In this document: positions 8,283 to 16,725 of the stretch, piece by piece
How positions within the stretch are numbered: position 1 is the stretch's first letter
How the letters are laid out: the number at the start of each line of letters is the position of its first letter
DNA from: an uncultured Gemmatimonadota bacterium
Lineage (GTDB): Bacteria > SM23-81
Assembly: GCA_964584035.1 (NCBI GenBank)
Contig: CAZOYL010000002.1
Span: forward strand, 1 to 31,024
DNA: 31,024 nucleotides
Direction of reading: 5' to 3'
Made by a program: the position numbers and the translations under genes
Notes under the pieces: model-generated
Seen by the model: only the letters and a program-made list of their open reading frames with translations
Told to the model about the DNA's origin: nothing
Databases searched by the model: none

Positions 8283-10097
8283 CTAATGTGAAATCTCCCC
8301 GATCAGCTCGGCGAACCGCTTCGGCCCCACGAAGCCCGACTGCCGCAGCCGGGTCTGCTCGCGGCCGGAGGCGTCGAAAAACAGGATGGTGGGCAGTCCG
8401 CGGATGTTCAATTCCTCCCTGATCCTCTTTTTTTCCTCGTCCTCGCCGGTCAGGTCCACCCTCAGAAACTGAATGCCCCGGCAGGCGGCCGTGACGGCCG
8501 GATCGGTGTAGGTCTTCTCCTCCAGCTCGTGGCACACGGCGCACCAGGCCGCGGTAAAATGCACCACCGCGGGACGCCCCGTGCTCAGGCGCTCCTGCAG
8601 CTGGGCCGGGCTGGATACCGCCGTCCACTCCAGTCCCTGCCGTTCTTCGGTGCCAAGGGCCCCGTAGAAATTATAGAGACCCCACAGAAGAAAGACGGCG
8701 GCCACCAGGTAGCGGATGCTGCGCAGCCCCCTCGGCTCACCCCCGGTGCGCAGCACGAACAGGACGATCCCGCCCAGAACTAAATAGGCGGCGAAAATCA
8801 ACGGGTAGATGTTTCGCGGGATCAGCGGCCGGAGAAAATAGAACACCAGCCCGAACAGGATCACGGCCAGGATCTTCTTGACCACCTCCATCCAGGTGCC
8901 GGCCCGGGGCAGAGCGGAGAGCATGCCCGAGAAGGTGCCCAGAACGATATAGGGCAGGCCCAGACCGGCGGCCAGGACGAAAAAGATCAAAAAGCCCATC
9001 AGGGGGTTGCCGGTGTTGCCCACGAAGACCAGCAGCCCTAAGACGAACGGCCCGATGCAGGGCGAGGCGGCCAGGCCCACCGTCAAACCCATCAGGAAGG
9101 CGCCGGCCAGGCCCTTTTTCGCTCCCCCGGTGGTGCCCTGCAGGCGGGTAAACAGCGGGATCTCGTAGAGACCGAACATGGACAGCGCCAGATAGACCAG
9201 TACCCCGGCGATGAGCACCAGCACCAGGGGATTCTGCAGCAGGGAGCCGAACAGCGAGCCGGTCAGGGCCGCCACGGTGCCCAGCACCGAGAAACACAGG
9301 GTGATCCCCAGAAAGTAGGCCAGGGACAGGCGAAAGGCCAGCGAGGTCTTCCCGCCGCTCTGGGAGGAGAAAAATCCGATGGTGATGGGAATGATGGGGA
9401 ACACGCAGGGCGTCAGATTGAGGGCCAGTCCGCCCATGAAGACGATCAGCAGTGCCAGCAGCAGCCCCCGCTCGCGGATCAGAAGGGCGAACGGATCCTC
9501 CGCCGCACTCTTTGCCGGGGGCGCCGGACCGCCCCAGTCCACCCGGTCGATGATCTCGCCGTGGGCCGGCCGCATCTGCGCGCCCAGGGGCAGGACCGTC
9601 ACCCTCAGGCTGAGGACCTTCTCCTCGGGCGGGTAACAGGCCATGTGATCGCAGGGCTGATAGGACAGAACGACCTCCAGATGGTGCTCGCCGGGCTCGG
9701 CCTCAGCGGTGGACCGGGCGGGGATCCCGAAATGAACAGCGCCCTCATAGACCCTCATGGTGTCATCGGAAAACTCGTATATCTTCTTCAGGGGCGGGGG
9801 ATAGATGGGCTCGTCGAAGACGAAGCCCGGCAGCTCTCCGGCGGCGACAACGGTGGGGATGAGAAATTCGTCGCCCGGGACATGGCCGTTGATGTGATAC
9901 TCCGGTTCGATCTGGACCGCCGCGACGATGCGGAAATCGCCGCCCGGAACGACCGCCTCCCGATCCATGAACAGCTCGCCGTGAAGCACCTCCGGCCAGT
10001 CCTCCTGGGCCTCCGTGGGAGCCGTCCGGATGACACACAACAGGGCGCACAGCAAAAGCATGCCCGGGGCGCGAAGTGTTCGGACCAATATCTTCAT
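8283..10097 (-). CDS. dsbD: full-length protein-disulfide reductase DsbD (alpha, TM and thioredoxin domains)
   Basis: Signal peptide; YQPCDHMACYPP (alpha); LTPCVFP and SPCIGP (TM); FTAAWCAVC...GLPT (gamma). Confidence 0.9.
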   Translation of the reverse strand: MKILVRTLRAPGMLLLCALLCVIRTAPTEAQEDWPEVLHGELFMDREAVVPGGDFRIVAAVQIEPEYHINGHVPGDEFLIPTVVAAGELPGFVFDEPIYPPPLKKIYEFSDDTMRVYEGAVHFGIPARSTAEAEPGEHHLEVVLSYQPCDHMACYPPEEKVLSLRVTVLPLGAQMRPAHGEIIDRVDWGGPAPPAKSAAEDPFALLIRERGLLLALLIVFMGGLALNLTPCVFPIIPITIGFFSSQSGGKTSLAFRLSLAYFLGITLCFSVLGTVAALTGSLFGSLLQNPLVLVLIAGVLVYLALSMFGLYEIPLFTRLQGTTGGAKKGLAGAFLMGLTVGLAASPCIGPFVLGLLVFVGNTGNPLMGFLIFFVLAAGLGLPYIVLGTFSGMLSALPRAGTWMEVVKKILAVILFGLVFYFLRPLIPRNIYPLIFAAYLVLGGIVLFVLRTGGEPRGLRSIRYLVAAVFLLWGLYNFYGALGTEERQGLEWTAVSSPAQLQERLSTGRPAVVHFTAAWCAVCHELEEKTYTDPAVTAACRGIQFLRVDLTGEDEEKKRIREELNIRGLPTILFFDASGREQTRLRQSGFVGPKRFAELIGEISH

Positions 10098-10129
10098 AGG
10101 CCGCCTGCTCCTTTTCCGAGGTTTCGAAT

Positions 10130-10158
10130 AGTATACCAGCTTACGGTGGAAATGGCAA
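10130..10158 (-). promoter_or_regulatory. sigma70 promoter for dsbD-tlpA-DUF192
   Basis: Minus strand TTGCCA-17 bp-TATACT. Confidence 0.7.
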
Positions 10159-10183
10159 GGGATTTTTCGGTCTCAGAAAAACC

Positions 10184-10212
10184 TTGACATTCCCCCGGCG
10201 GCTTCGTATGAT
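10184..10212 (+). promoter_or_regulatory. near-consensus sigma70 promoter for the beta-barrel gene
   Basis: TTGACA-17 bp-TATGAT, back to back with the dsbD promoter. Confidence 0.8.
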
Positions 10213-10264
10213 AAAATCCAATTATCGAAAAGCTATTCCCCGAAAAGAGGACAGGGAGGTCTGC

Positions 10265-10966
10265 ATGAGACGGCTCTTCAGGATGACGCTGGCGGCCATC
10301 ATGATCATGATGCTGCCGGCCGGTACATCGGCCCGGGATTTCTTCGGCGGGGTCTCGCCGGCGCCGGTGTATGTCATGACCGACTTCGGCAAGCTGAATA
10401 GCAACATCGCCGGGATCGGGGTCGATCAACTGGACGACGGCCTGATCCTGGCGGGCTGGAACACCTACGTGTACGTTCACCCCAGCGTGCGGATCGGACT
10501 GATGGGTGCGGGAGGCTCGCAGACCGTGGAGGGCCGCGACGACCTGATCGAGCGCCAGGTCAAGGTGGGGCTGGGCTATGTCGGGCTCTCCGGCGAATAT
10601 GTTTTCTCCTTCATGAAGGGCGATGTGGCCGTGGGGACCATGCTGGGCTACGGTCACGCCGACATCGAGCTGCTCCAGTCCCTGTCCGGCTCCAGCGGCT
10701 GGGACGATCTCTGGGAGGTTTACGGCTCCGAGCCGGCCCAGCCGAGCACCTTCATGAACATCATGAGGAGCAACTTCTTCGCCTATCAGCCCTTTCTGCG
10801 GCTGAAATACAAGCTGACCGGCTGGCTGTCGCTGCAGGGCAGCGTCGGCTATTTAGGGGCCCAGGCCGGCTCCTGGAAACAGCGCGGCGACGTGGACATC
10901 GATGGCGAACCCTCACTGGACTTCGGCGGGGTCACCTTCACCCTGGGACCCCACATCGGCTTCTGA
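10265..10966 (+). CDS. putative outer-membrane beta-barrel protein
   Basis: GGGAGG RBS, signal peptide ending TSA, amphipathic beta-strands and a C-terminal BAM-type signal (FTLGPHIGF). Confidence 0.75.
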   Translation: MRRLFRMTLAAIMIMMLPAGTSARDFFGGVSPAPVYVMTDFGKLNSNIAGIGVDQLDDGLILAGWNTYVYVHPSVRIGLMGAGGSQTVEGRDDLIERQVKVGLGYVGLSGEYVFSFMKGDVAVGTMLGYGHADIELLQSLSGSSGWDDLWEVYGSEPAQPSTFMNIMRSNFFAYQPFLRLKYKLTGWLSLQGSVGYLGAQAGSWKQRGDVDIDGEPSLDFGGVTFTLGPHIGF

Positions 10967-10993
10967 ACATCGGCTGGTGAGCCAAATGGATAC

Positions 10994-11036
10994 AAAAAAG
11001 CCCCGCGGGGAGAAGGTTTCCTCCGGGGCTTTTTTT
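10994..11036. terminator. bidirectional Rho-independent terminator
   Basis: A6-GCCCCG...CGGGGC-T7 between convergent genes. Confidence 0.85.
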
Positions 11037-11051
11037 CGCTCAGCGGCCGTC

Positions 11052-11162
11052 TCAGCCCTTCCAGCGGGCCTTCAGATCGGCGATCAACTTCCGGCGGGCC
11101 GTCTGATCGGCCCGCATCTCCTTGATCCGCTTCCAGGCGGGAAAACAGTTCTTATACTCCAC
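11052..11162 (-). CDS. possible small protein or gene remnant (36 aa from GTG: MEYKNCFPAWKRIKEMRADQTARRKLIADLKARWKG)
   Basis: Open frame with host-like G/C-ending codons between the nfu stop and the terminator; no good RBS. Confidence 0.3.
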   Translation of the reverse strand: MEYKNCFPAWKRIKEMRADQTARRKLIADLKARWKG

Positions 11163-11206
11163 CCCGGCCAGCCGGTGCAGGATGAGCGCCGCAGCGCCTG
11201 GGGATA

Positions 11207-11428
11207 TCAGGCCACCGACTGGACCTCGGTGATCTCCGGGATGTGCTCCTTGAGAATCCGCTCGATGCCCATTTTCAAGGTCATCTGCGACATGGGGCAG
11301 CCCTGACAGCTTCCCTGGAGGCGCACTTTGACGATCCCGTCGGTCACTTCCACCAGCTCCACATCCCCGCCGTCGGCCTGAAGATTGGGCCGGATCTTGT
11401 CCAGCACTTCCTGGACCTTCTCTCTCAT
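11207..11428 (-). CDS. NifU C-terminal (Nfu) domain Fe-S carrier, 73 aa
   Basis: [15 protein letters not shown]...[33 protein letters not shown] before the ATG at 11428. Confidence 0.93.
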   Translation of the reverse strand: MREKVQEVLDKIRPNLQADGGDVELVEVTDGIVKVRLQGSCQGCPMSQMTLKMGIERILKEHIPEITEVQSVA

Positions 11429-11562
11429 ATCTCCATCCTTTCTCGATAATTGCCGGAGGGCTCCGGGGCCGCCTCGGACCGCTCGGTGTTCCCCTCGGGC
11501 CGGCGCTTCGTTCACCGGCTTACCCCTTTTGTAGCATTCTCCTGGCCGGCACGGTGACCGGC

Positions 11563-12078
11563 TCATTTGTTTTCATCGTCCTGCGGTTCGCCTTCCGTCT
11601 GATCGGCATCCGGCTCTCCGGCTGACGGCTCACAGGTGTCCCCCGATTCACCCTCATGATCATGTAAATGGGCATCGGGCTTGAGCTTGACCGGTGAGGG
11701 CAGCCCCCGGCGGCGATAGTAATCGTCGATCGCCGAGTGCAGAGCCTGTTCGGCCAACACGCTACAGTGCATCTTTACCGGAGGCAGTCCGTCCAGGGCT
11801 TTGGCCACGGCCTTGTTGCTGATCTCCAGGGCCTCCTGAATGGTCTTCCCCTTGACCATATCGGTGACCATGCTGGAGGTGGCGATGGCCGCGCCGCATC
11901 CAAAGGTCTTGAATTTGGCCTCGGTGATAACCTCATCCTTGACCTTGATGTACAATTCCATGATGTCTCCGCACACCGGATTGCCGACGTAACCGACACC
12001 ATCGGCATCGTCGATCTGTCCGACATTATGCGGGTTGGCGAAATGTTCCATCACCTTGGTGCTGTATTTCATGGCCAT
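11563..12078 (-). CDS. iscU: Fe-S cluster scaffold IscU/NifU-N with His/acidic C-terminal tail
   Basis: [33 protein letters not shown] and LPPVKMHCS motifs. Confidence 0.93.
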   Translation of the reverse strand: MAMKYSTKVMEHFANPHNVGQIDDADGVGYVGNPVCGDIMELYIKVKDEVITEAKFKTFGCGAAIATSSMVTDMVKGKTIQEALEISNKAVAKALDGLPPVKMHCSVLAEQALHSAIDDYYRRRGLPSPVKLKPDAHLHDHEGESGDTCEPSAGEPDADQTEGEPQDDENK

Positions 12079-12115
12079 GTTCGCGATACCCCCCTTCCGC
12101 GATCCTGAGAGGCCC

Positions 12116-12787
12116 TCAAACGATCTTGGTCCCATTGATCAGCAACTGAAATTGGCAGCCCAAGAACTCCGCGGCCCGGCGGGACATGAGCATCCGCGAC
12201 ATGAAGATCTCGAAGTACTCCATCACCGGAGCCACGTTGGTGTCGATCTCCAGAGACATGGTGATCGTTTTTTTGTCCGTGTCGATCAACAGGGTCGATT
12301 TCTTGGCGGCATAATTGACCCGGTCATGGATGTCGAACTTGAGGAATTTCAGGTTCCGCACCCGGCTGCTGTGCACGTCGGCCTTATCGCAGAGAATCAA
12401 CGCGGCCGAAACATTGCTCACCGGGCTGCCGTTCTCCTCATGGTGATTTCCGATGGCCCCCAGGATTTCGGCGATATCCTCCGGGGGCATATCCATCCGT
12501 AATAAAATTCCATAGGCCAGCATGGCGCCGGTCTGGGCCTGACCCTCGCGGTTGATGACATTGCCGATATCATGCAGATAGCCGGCAATGGCCGCCAGCC
12601 TGACCTCCCGGTCGGTAAAGCCCAATTCTTTAAGGATCCGGCTGGATTCCTTGGCGATGCGCTTGGCGTGCCGGGGCCCGTGCTCGGTATATCCCTGGAC
12701 CTCCATGGCCCGGTCGGCCATATTCAACAGAGCCTTGACCTCCGGATTGGAGCGCACCGCCTGCCAGGTAATGCTTTCGGTCTTCAA
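12116..12787 (-). CDS. HD-domain metal-dependent phosphohydrolase
   Basis: GYTEHG, YLHDIGN, IGNHHE, LILCDKAD and DIHDRVNYA; TTG start after GAGGAG. Confidence 0.9.
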   Translation of the reverse strand: MKTESITWQAVRSNPEVKALLNMADRAMEVQGYTEHGPRHAKRIAKESSRILKELGFTDREVRLAAIAGYLHDIGNVINREGQAQTGAMLAYGILLRMDMPPEDIAEILGAIGNHHEENGSPVSNVSAALILCDKADVHSSRVRNLKFLKFDIHDRVNYAAKKSTLLIDTDKKTITMSLEIDTNVAPVMEYFEIFMSRMLMSRRAAEFLGCQFQLLINGTKIV

Positions 12788-12797
12788 ACAGTTCTCC

Positions 12798-12908
12798 TCA
12801 CTTGTCTTTCTCGAATTTTTCCTTGGGCGCCCCGCAGGCCGGACAGACCGCCGGCCGGCAGCGTCCCTCGATCTTTTTCCCGCACCTGGAACATACCCAG
12901 ACTGCCAT
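12798..12908 (-). CDS. small rubredoxin-like (RCKP-type) zinc/iron-ribbon protein, 36 aa: MAVWVCSRCGKKIEGRCRPAVCPACGAPKEKFEKDK
   Basis: Not in the ORF track (<60 aa). AAGGAG RBS, W-x-CxxCG...RCRP..CPxCGA.K..F pattern; its TGA overlaps the RBS of the HD gene. Confidence 0.9.
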   Translation of the reverse strand: MAVWVCSRCGKKIEGRCRPAVCPACGAPKEKFEKDK

Positions 12909-12941
12909 GATATCTCTCCTTGAGAGTAGCGGCCACATTCA

Positions 12942-12966
12942 GTAGTCTACTATATAAAAAGACTAT
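12942..12966. promoter_or_regulatory. putative Rrf2/IscR-like operator overlapping the -10 and start region of the rubredoxin-HD-iscU-nfu operon
   Basis: GTAGTCTACTATATAAAAAGACTAT contains the inverted repeat TAGTCT-N11-AGACTA; 19/25 match by eye to the IscR type-1 consensus. Confidence 0.55.
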
Positions 12967-12990
12967 AATCAAATTCGCGATGGCAGTCAA
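12962..12990 (-). promoter_or_regulatory. sigma70 promoter of the Fe-S operon
   Basis: Minus strand TTGACT-17 bp-TATAGT. Confidence 0.75.
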
Positions 12991-13033
12991 GGAAAAATGC
13001 CCGAGCCGGATCCGCTCAGCGGGGTCCTGCCGT

Positions 13034-13065
13034 AAAAAAGGGCAGAGGGATACCTCTGCCCTTTT
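13034..13065 (-). terminator. Rho-independent terminator after hup
   Basis: Minus strand GGGCAGAGG-TATC-CCTCTGCCC-T6. Confidence 0.9.
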
Positions 13066-13088
13066 AAATCCCTGATATGGAGGGAAGA

Positions 13089-13361
13089 TCACTTCACAGC
13101 AGCTTTGAGTTTACTGCCGGCCTTGAATTTGGGGACTCTCGCCGCCGGAATATGGATAGTTGCGCCGGTTTGCGGATTGCGGCCTTTGCGAGCGGCTCTC
13201 TTGGACACCATAAAGGTCCCGAAGCCAACAAAGGTGACCTTCCGGCCTCTTTTCAACTCTCCGGTGACACCTTTTAAAACAGCATCCAGAGCTTTCCCGG
13301 CTTTCGCCTTGGAAATATCAGCCTCTTTGGCAACCTTGGCCACCATGTCTTCCTTCGTCAT
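13089..13361 (-). CDS. hup: HU family DNA-binding protein
   Basis: AAGGAGGTG RBS; MTKEDMV...VTFVGFGTF...RAARKGRNPQTG...IPAARVPKFKAGSKLK. Confidence 0.96.
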   Translation of the reverse strand: MTKEDMVAKVAKEADISKAKAGKALDAVLKGVTGELKRGRKVTFVGFGTFMVSKRAARKGRNPQTGATIHIPAARVPKFKAGSKLKAAVK

Positions 13362-13402
13362 CTTTTCACCTCCTTCTGGGTTGAATTCGCTTCTCGGGAG
13401 CA

Positions 13403-13462
13403 AAAGTATCATAGAAAAGCTTATTTGTCAACAGTTTTCTCAAATATTCAAAAAATTTTTTT
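13403..13462 (-). promoter_or_regulatory. putative hup promoter with AT-rich UP element
   Basis: Minus strand TTGACA at 13431-13426, preceded by A/T tracts; the -10 (GATACT/TACTTT) is imperfect. Confidence 0.5.
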
Positions 13463-13506
13463 TCATTCCGGCGGCTGACGAAGCTCCGGGGGGTCTTTGT
13501 AACTTA

Positions 13507-16500
13507 TTAACCAGCAATGCCTTTAATGCGTTCCAGCTTGATTTCGGGAATGGCCTTGATATTGACGCGAACATAGTATCCTTTCCGAAATCCGGTGGGT
13601 TCCCACACAAACCGCGCCTCCCAGCAGTGCAGGTCGCGATAGAACTCGACCCGCTGGGACACCATTTTCCGGTCGACGATGTCATAGCGGCCGGAGTAGT
13701 CCACCCGCCAGTGGCCGGTCAGCGGAACGGTCACCCCTCCGCTGAGCCACGATGTCTTCCGCAGGCTCGATCCGCTGCGGCTCTCGGCATAGCGATGAGA
13801 CAGGTTCAACCGCCAGGCCTGGCCGGCGATCTCCTCGTCGCCGGCACCGCCCCTCCCGCTCAGCGCCATCCGCGTATCGACGCTGAAAGAGATCAGGCGG
13901 GGATCCAACAGCTGGAGATGACGGCCCTCTGGGTCGTAGAAATCGTGATAGGCGCTCAGGGTGACGCTGAAGCGGCGGTCAGGATGCATCCGTAAAGAAG
14001 AGGTCAGATTGGAGAGCTTGCGGGTCTCGGCCTGAAAATTATAGCCGGTACTGAAGTTCACATCGGCGATGGTCAGCTTCCGCTCGCGGTCGCCGCTTTT
14101 CAGCTTGATCTGAAATTGGTTGGCCAGGGACAGGCCCAGGGTCTTCTGCGGGCCTCCCACGGAGTGAATATAGGGCACCGAGTAGAAATTTTCCCGGTTC
14201 TCGAAATCGGGACGCCAGGAAAAACTCAGGCCGGGCTTGATGACGTGACGAATGCCCACCAGCGGGCCGATCCGGGGTTGAACCAGGCCGTAGAGGGTGG
14301 TGTTGGCCCCCACGCTGGCGTCATAATCGCCGCGCCGGGCATACCGTTCACCGGTTTTATCGCGGTCGAACCAGGTCTCCCGGTAGGTGGCCGAGGGCGT
14401 CAGGGCCAGGCGGCCGAACAGGTTCAGGGGCAGGCGCACTCCCAGCGTCTGGTCGAGAGCCTGGTGCTCCTCGTGCTTGTCTACCGTCCGGCCGTCGTCC
14501 TCCTCGGTCCAGTCCTTTTGACTGTTGATGAAACGGGCCGAATAGCGGTAGTAGACGGAGCTGTACCACGGGGACCTGTTCGCGATCCTGCTCGTGTTGG
14601 TAAGGTCTTTTTTGGGCTGGTAGATGGGGCGCTCGAAGCGCTGAAATGAGATGGTCGGCAGGTACCGGGTGGTGACATCCTCCACCAGATCCCAGCGCTG
14701 ATCCACATCGAGGCTGATCCGGGCGCCGGACCACGATTGACCCAGGCTGAGGAAGGAATGCAGGCTGCGATCCATCCGCTCGTCGGGATCGTCACTGATA
14801 TCCTGGTAATAGGTGCGATCGTTTTCCCCGATAAAGGTGCCGCTGCTCTGAAGCTGGAGGGACGGGGTGATGTCCTGAAAGTGGTTCAGCCGGAGGTCCC
14901 AACGCCTTCGTTTCAGCAGCGCCGAACCCGAATAGCGTTCATCCCACTTATACGATCCGGCCAGGCTGCCGTGGAGCAAATACCGCACGGCATAGCGGCC
15001 CTCCAGTTCCAGCAGCCAGCCGCTTCGCTCGTAGATATCCCCGGCCAGGGCGGCGTCCCAGTACTGGCTCGGGGCCAGGTAGTAGCCCAGGCTCTTGAGA
15101 TATCGCCCGTCGGTCTCGGTGGAGCCATACCGGGGAATGATCAGACCGGAATGCCGCCCCCGCTTGATGGGAAAAACATAGAACGGCAGGATCATGACGG
15201 GTATTTTGCCGATATACATCACCACCGGCTTGGCGATGACCTTATCCTTGAGGATGATCTTCATCCGCCGGCTGTAAAAGTGATAGTGCGGCTCCTGTTC
15301 ACGATCACAGGTGGTGAAGGTGGCCTTGGCGGCTTTGAGCACCGCGTCGTCGACCTTGCGGATGGAGGCGCCGCGATAATACCCTTTCTCGAACTCGGTC
15401 TGTCCCTCGACCACCCTGCCGCGGCGGGTACGCAGGTTATAGACCATGCTCGAGCCGGTCAGCTCCCGGGTTCCCTCCCTCAACAGCGGATGACCGGCCG
15501 GTTCTACCCCGTCGGCGCCCATGTCCCCCCGGGATCTTCCCCGGGCGGTGAGGATTTCGGTGCCGGTATTGTAAACGATCTGGTGGGCCTGCAAGGAGAC
15601 ATCGGTAGGCACATAGTCGATGGTGCTGTGGCCCTCCAGGGAGAGCTCGTCGCGTTCCAGGTAGTACTCGATCCGGTCGGCCCCGTACCGGGCCGTGTCC
15701 GGACGGTCCTTCTCAACGGTGACGTAATATCCCTGAGCTCCTCCTTCCACCACCGCCCGCTCGACCCGTTCATCGCGGAGAAAGATCTCCAGACGATCAC
15801 CGCTGGTGTGATTGCTGCCGTATCCCTCACCCTCCCCTTCAGAAGGAAGATACACGCTGGTGGCGTTATCCCGGGCGAGGATGCGCTCGATCTGTTCATC
15901 CCGGAGAAAAAAGGCGATCTCCCTGGCCGTCAGGAGATGTTCGCCGGAATGCCTTCCGTCGGAGGAGTCCGCCGTCGACAGATAACGCCCGTCGGCATCG
16001 CCCTGAACCCGGATCTCGGTGACCTTATCGCCGTCCAGGGCGATCGTCATCTGCCGGCCGCGCAGCAGGCTGTCTTTCTCCCGGACTACGGGATCCTGTT
16101 CTAAAAGGATGACATCCTGGTCGTCTATATACCGGGCCAGACCGCAGTCAGCGACCAGGGAACCCCGGCTGATGGTCACCCCTTCGCGGACGATGGCCTC
16201 CCGGGGTTCTAGAATCACTTCCATATGGCGGCCGGTGATGACGATGGGCTCTCCGCCGTCCCGGCGGCGGACGACCAACCGGGGATTCAGCTCTGCGCGG
16301 GCCAGGCCGGCCGCTCGCTCGTATTCCATATGGCCGGCCGTCAATTCGAGATCATCGAGGCTGTCCACCAGGACGGCCTGACCGTCGGCCATCGCCCGCT
16401 GCTCGCCCTGGTAATAGGTCAACCGCTGGGCGCTGAGCGTTCGGGTGGTGTCCTCCAGAGTGACCCCGTCCTGAAAGACCACCAGCCTCTCGTCCTCATA

Positions 16501-16713
16501 CCAGGTGGCCCGCTGGCTGCGCAGATGCAGAGCACCGTGGACCAGGTGGACGTCGCCCTCCAGGATGGTCACCAGTTTCTCGTTGCGCCAGTGCGACTCG
16601 GCCCGCTGGGCATGTTTGAGGAGCAGCGGCCCGCTCGGCTCCTCGGCCCCGGACGCTGCCACCATCATCAGGGACGAGGCCAGGAGGAAGACTTGTCGGC
16701 CTGCTCGATTCAT
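13507..16713 (-). CDS. lptD: LPS-assembly protein LptD with an extended multi-OstA/LptA-like N-terminus
   Basis: Signal peptide; repeated OstA-type strands; FTTCD...PHY, RHSGLIIPRYG, GYYLAPSQYWD; C-terminal YRDLHCWE barrel signature. Confidence 0.88.
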   Translation of the reverse strand: MNRAGRQVFLLASSLMMVAASGAEEPSGPLLLKHAQRAESHWRNEKLVTILEGDVHLVHGALHLRSQRATWYEDERLVVFQDGVTLEDTTRTLSAQRLTYYQGEQRAMADGQAVLVDSLDDLELTAGHMEYERAAGLARAELNPRLVVRRRDGGEPIVITGRHMEVILEPREAIVREGVTISRGSLVADCGLARYIDDQDVILLEQDPVVREKDSLLRGRQMTIALDGDKVTEIRVQGDADGRYLSTADSSDGRHSGEHLLTAREIAFFLRDEQIERILARDNATSVYLPSEGEGEGYGSNHTSGDRLEIFLRDERVERAVVEGGAQGYYVTVEKDRPDTARYGADRIEYYLERDELSLEGHSTIDYVPTDVSLQAHQIVYNTGTEILTARGRSRGDMGADGVEPAGHPLLREGTRELTGSSMVYNLRTRRGRVVEGQTEFEKGYYRGASIRKVDDAVLKAAKATFTTCDREQEPHYHFYSRRMKIILKDKVIAKPVVMYIGKIPVMILPFYVFPIKRGRHSGLIIPRYGSTETDGRYLKSLGYYLAPSQYWDAALAGDIYERSGWLLELEGRYAVRYLLHGSLAGSYKWDERYSGSALLKRRRWDLRLNHFQDITPSLQLQSSGTFIGENDRTYYQDISDDPDERMDRSLHSFLSLGQSWSGARISLDVDQRWDLVEDVTTRYLPTISFQRFERPIYQPKKDLTNTSRIANRSPWYSSVYYRYSARFINSQKDWTEEDDGRTVDKHEEHQALDQTLGVRLPLNLFGRLALTPSATYRETWFDRDKTGERYARRGDYDASVGANTTLYGLVQPRIGPLVGIRHVIKPGLSFSWRPDFENRENFYSVPYIHSVGGPQKTLGLSLANQFQIKLKSGDRERKLTIADVNFSTGYNFQAETRKLSNLTSSLRMHPDRRFSVTLSAYHDFYDPEGRHLQLLDPRLISFSVDTRMALSGRGGAGDEEIAGQAWRLNLSHRYAESRSGSSLRKTSWLSGGVTVPLTGHWRVDYSGRYDIVDRKMVSQRVEFYRDLHCWEARFVWEPTGFRKGYYVRVNIKAIPEIKLERIKGIAG

Positions 16714-16725
16714 CTGGAACCTGTT

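Noticed and set aside
7634..10097. Selenocysteine recoding in the redox proteins
   Set aside because: All CxxC motifs are encoded by Cys codons, and no in-frame TGA lies within a domain.
11429..11566. 46-aa N-terminal extension of Nfu starting at an ATGA overlap with the iscU stop
   Set aside because: The extension is non-homologous and looks unstructured. A strong RBS precedes the canonical start at 11428.
12930..13506. Lower-GC stretch around hup as horizontal transfer
   Set aside because: It is explained by promoters, UP elements, a terminator and a short Lys-rich core gene. There are no mobility signatures.
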